DNA from: Kudoa neothunni
Lineage: Eukaryota; Animalia; Cnidaria
DNA length: 64,000 bases
Direction of reading: 5' to 3'
Assembly: GCA_964304625.1 (NCBI GenBank)
Contig: OZ199840.1
Coordinates: 10,751,844 to 10,815,843, forward strand
The translations under genes were made by a program, and so were the position numbers. The notes beneath the pieces were generated by a model. That model ran no database searches, was not told where the DNA came from, and saw only the letters and a list, made by a program, of their open reading frames with translations. Shown one piece after another: positions 63,124 to 64,000 of this stretch (positions are counted from its first letter, which is position 1; each line of letters begins with the position of its first letter).

Positions 63124-63906
63124 CTAGCCGTAATACTCGGCTACGCTTGGGGCGTTAGAAATATCTAATTCAGGGGGAAAAATTGAAATAAAAATGTTTT
63201 ATATTATATTTTTTAATATAATAAAAGTTTCATTTTGTTAATAGCACAAACATCTGCCGAAAATTTACTGTGCGAAATAAACAGTCATAAACGAAACATA
63301 ACAAAATTTTACTTAATAATGTAAGTAGTTATTATATTTAAGAAGAAACAGAAAAAACCTAATATAAATAAATTTAAAAAATTATAATATTAACAAATGA
63401 ACCTCATTTAGTTTAAATCCCATCATCATTATTTGATGCATCCATGGTTTTAAGAAACGAAGAAAAGCAAATAGAAATCGGCGTGTACATGAGGCATTAC
63501 GACGGAATACAACTATACTACAGTCAACGCGTAAAGGGATATAGAATTCGACATTAAAATCTCACTTGAAATCTTTTATATGTCTTTCAGTTGAATCATA
63601 CCTACAACAATGTGGTAGATTAAATTTTGAACATGAAATCTTATAAACGCTTACCTAAGAAATTTCGTCACACTGAAAATCTTGAAAAATACAGACAAAC
63701 AAATTCAAAATATTTCCACAAGCATATTCAAAGATATAACAACACAGTACAAAGCCACTTTTAAAATTAACGCACACATTTAACAGGATTTGTGTTTACT
63801 TTATGATTTGGGGTCAAATTGACCATGTAACTAGATCGTAGTAGTTTTAAGACGATAACGAACCGACATTTTACAAAATTTATTTCATGGAAAATTTGCA
63901 TATGTA
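63124..63906 (-). mobile_element. Second Helitron 3' segment, inverted copy of ~57673-58457
   Basis: A|CTAGCCGTAATACTCGGCTACGCTTGGGG is the reverse complement of the Helitron end. About 780 bp are collinear with the first copy. Confidence 0.85.
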
Positions 63907-64000
63907 AACTTAGAATTGATCGGCAGTGTTGTAGTTTCTTAATGCGGCAGAAAATAGACACACAGTTTAGCAAAGGCAAGAGAGAGGGGATGAGCGATAT

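Overview
This is strongly AT-rich eukaryotic nuclear DNA with many short GT-AG introns (mostly about 39-65 nt), so the ORF track shows only exon fragments. The organism cannot be named from the sequence. The compact architecture and reduced housekeeping proteins suggest a reduced parasite, for example a myxozoan- or orthonectid-like animal (inference only). The window has two compartments. (1) Positions 1-20 kb hold housekeeping genes: RanGAP, mitochondrial rpS12, RER1 (four apparent +1 insertions), an HBS1-like GTPase, and NUDT2, which lies head-to-head with the HBS1-like gene only 36 bp away. Small TE relics are scattered between them. (2) Positions 20-64 kb hold five intact paralogues (A1, A2, B, A3, C) of an unrecognised family of Cys-rich, FN3-like, single-pass membrane proteins (A1 is about 830 aa). 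They share phase-1 domain exons, two juxtamembrane micro-exons and a 4-5 aa basic tail. They are embedded among nested decayed DNA transposons (pogo/Tigger, hAT, Merlin, piggyBac, Helitron) and a solo LTR. A1, A2 and A3 are sequence mosaics of one another, with variable membrane-distal domains and homogenised membrane-proximal domains. This is the best candidate for an undescribed system: a surface or recognition protein array diversified by gene conversion. All gene models were spliced and aligned by eye; no database searches were run.
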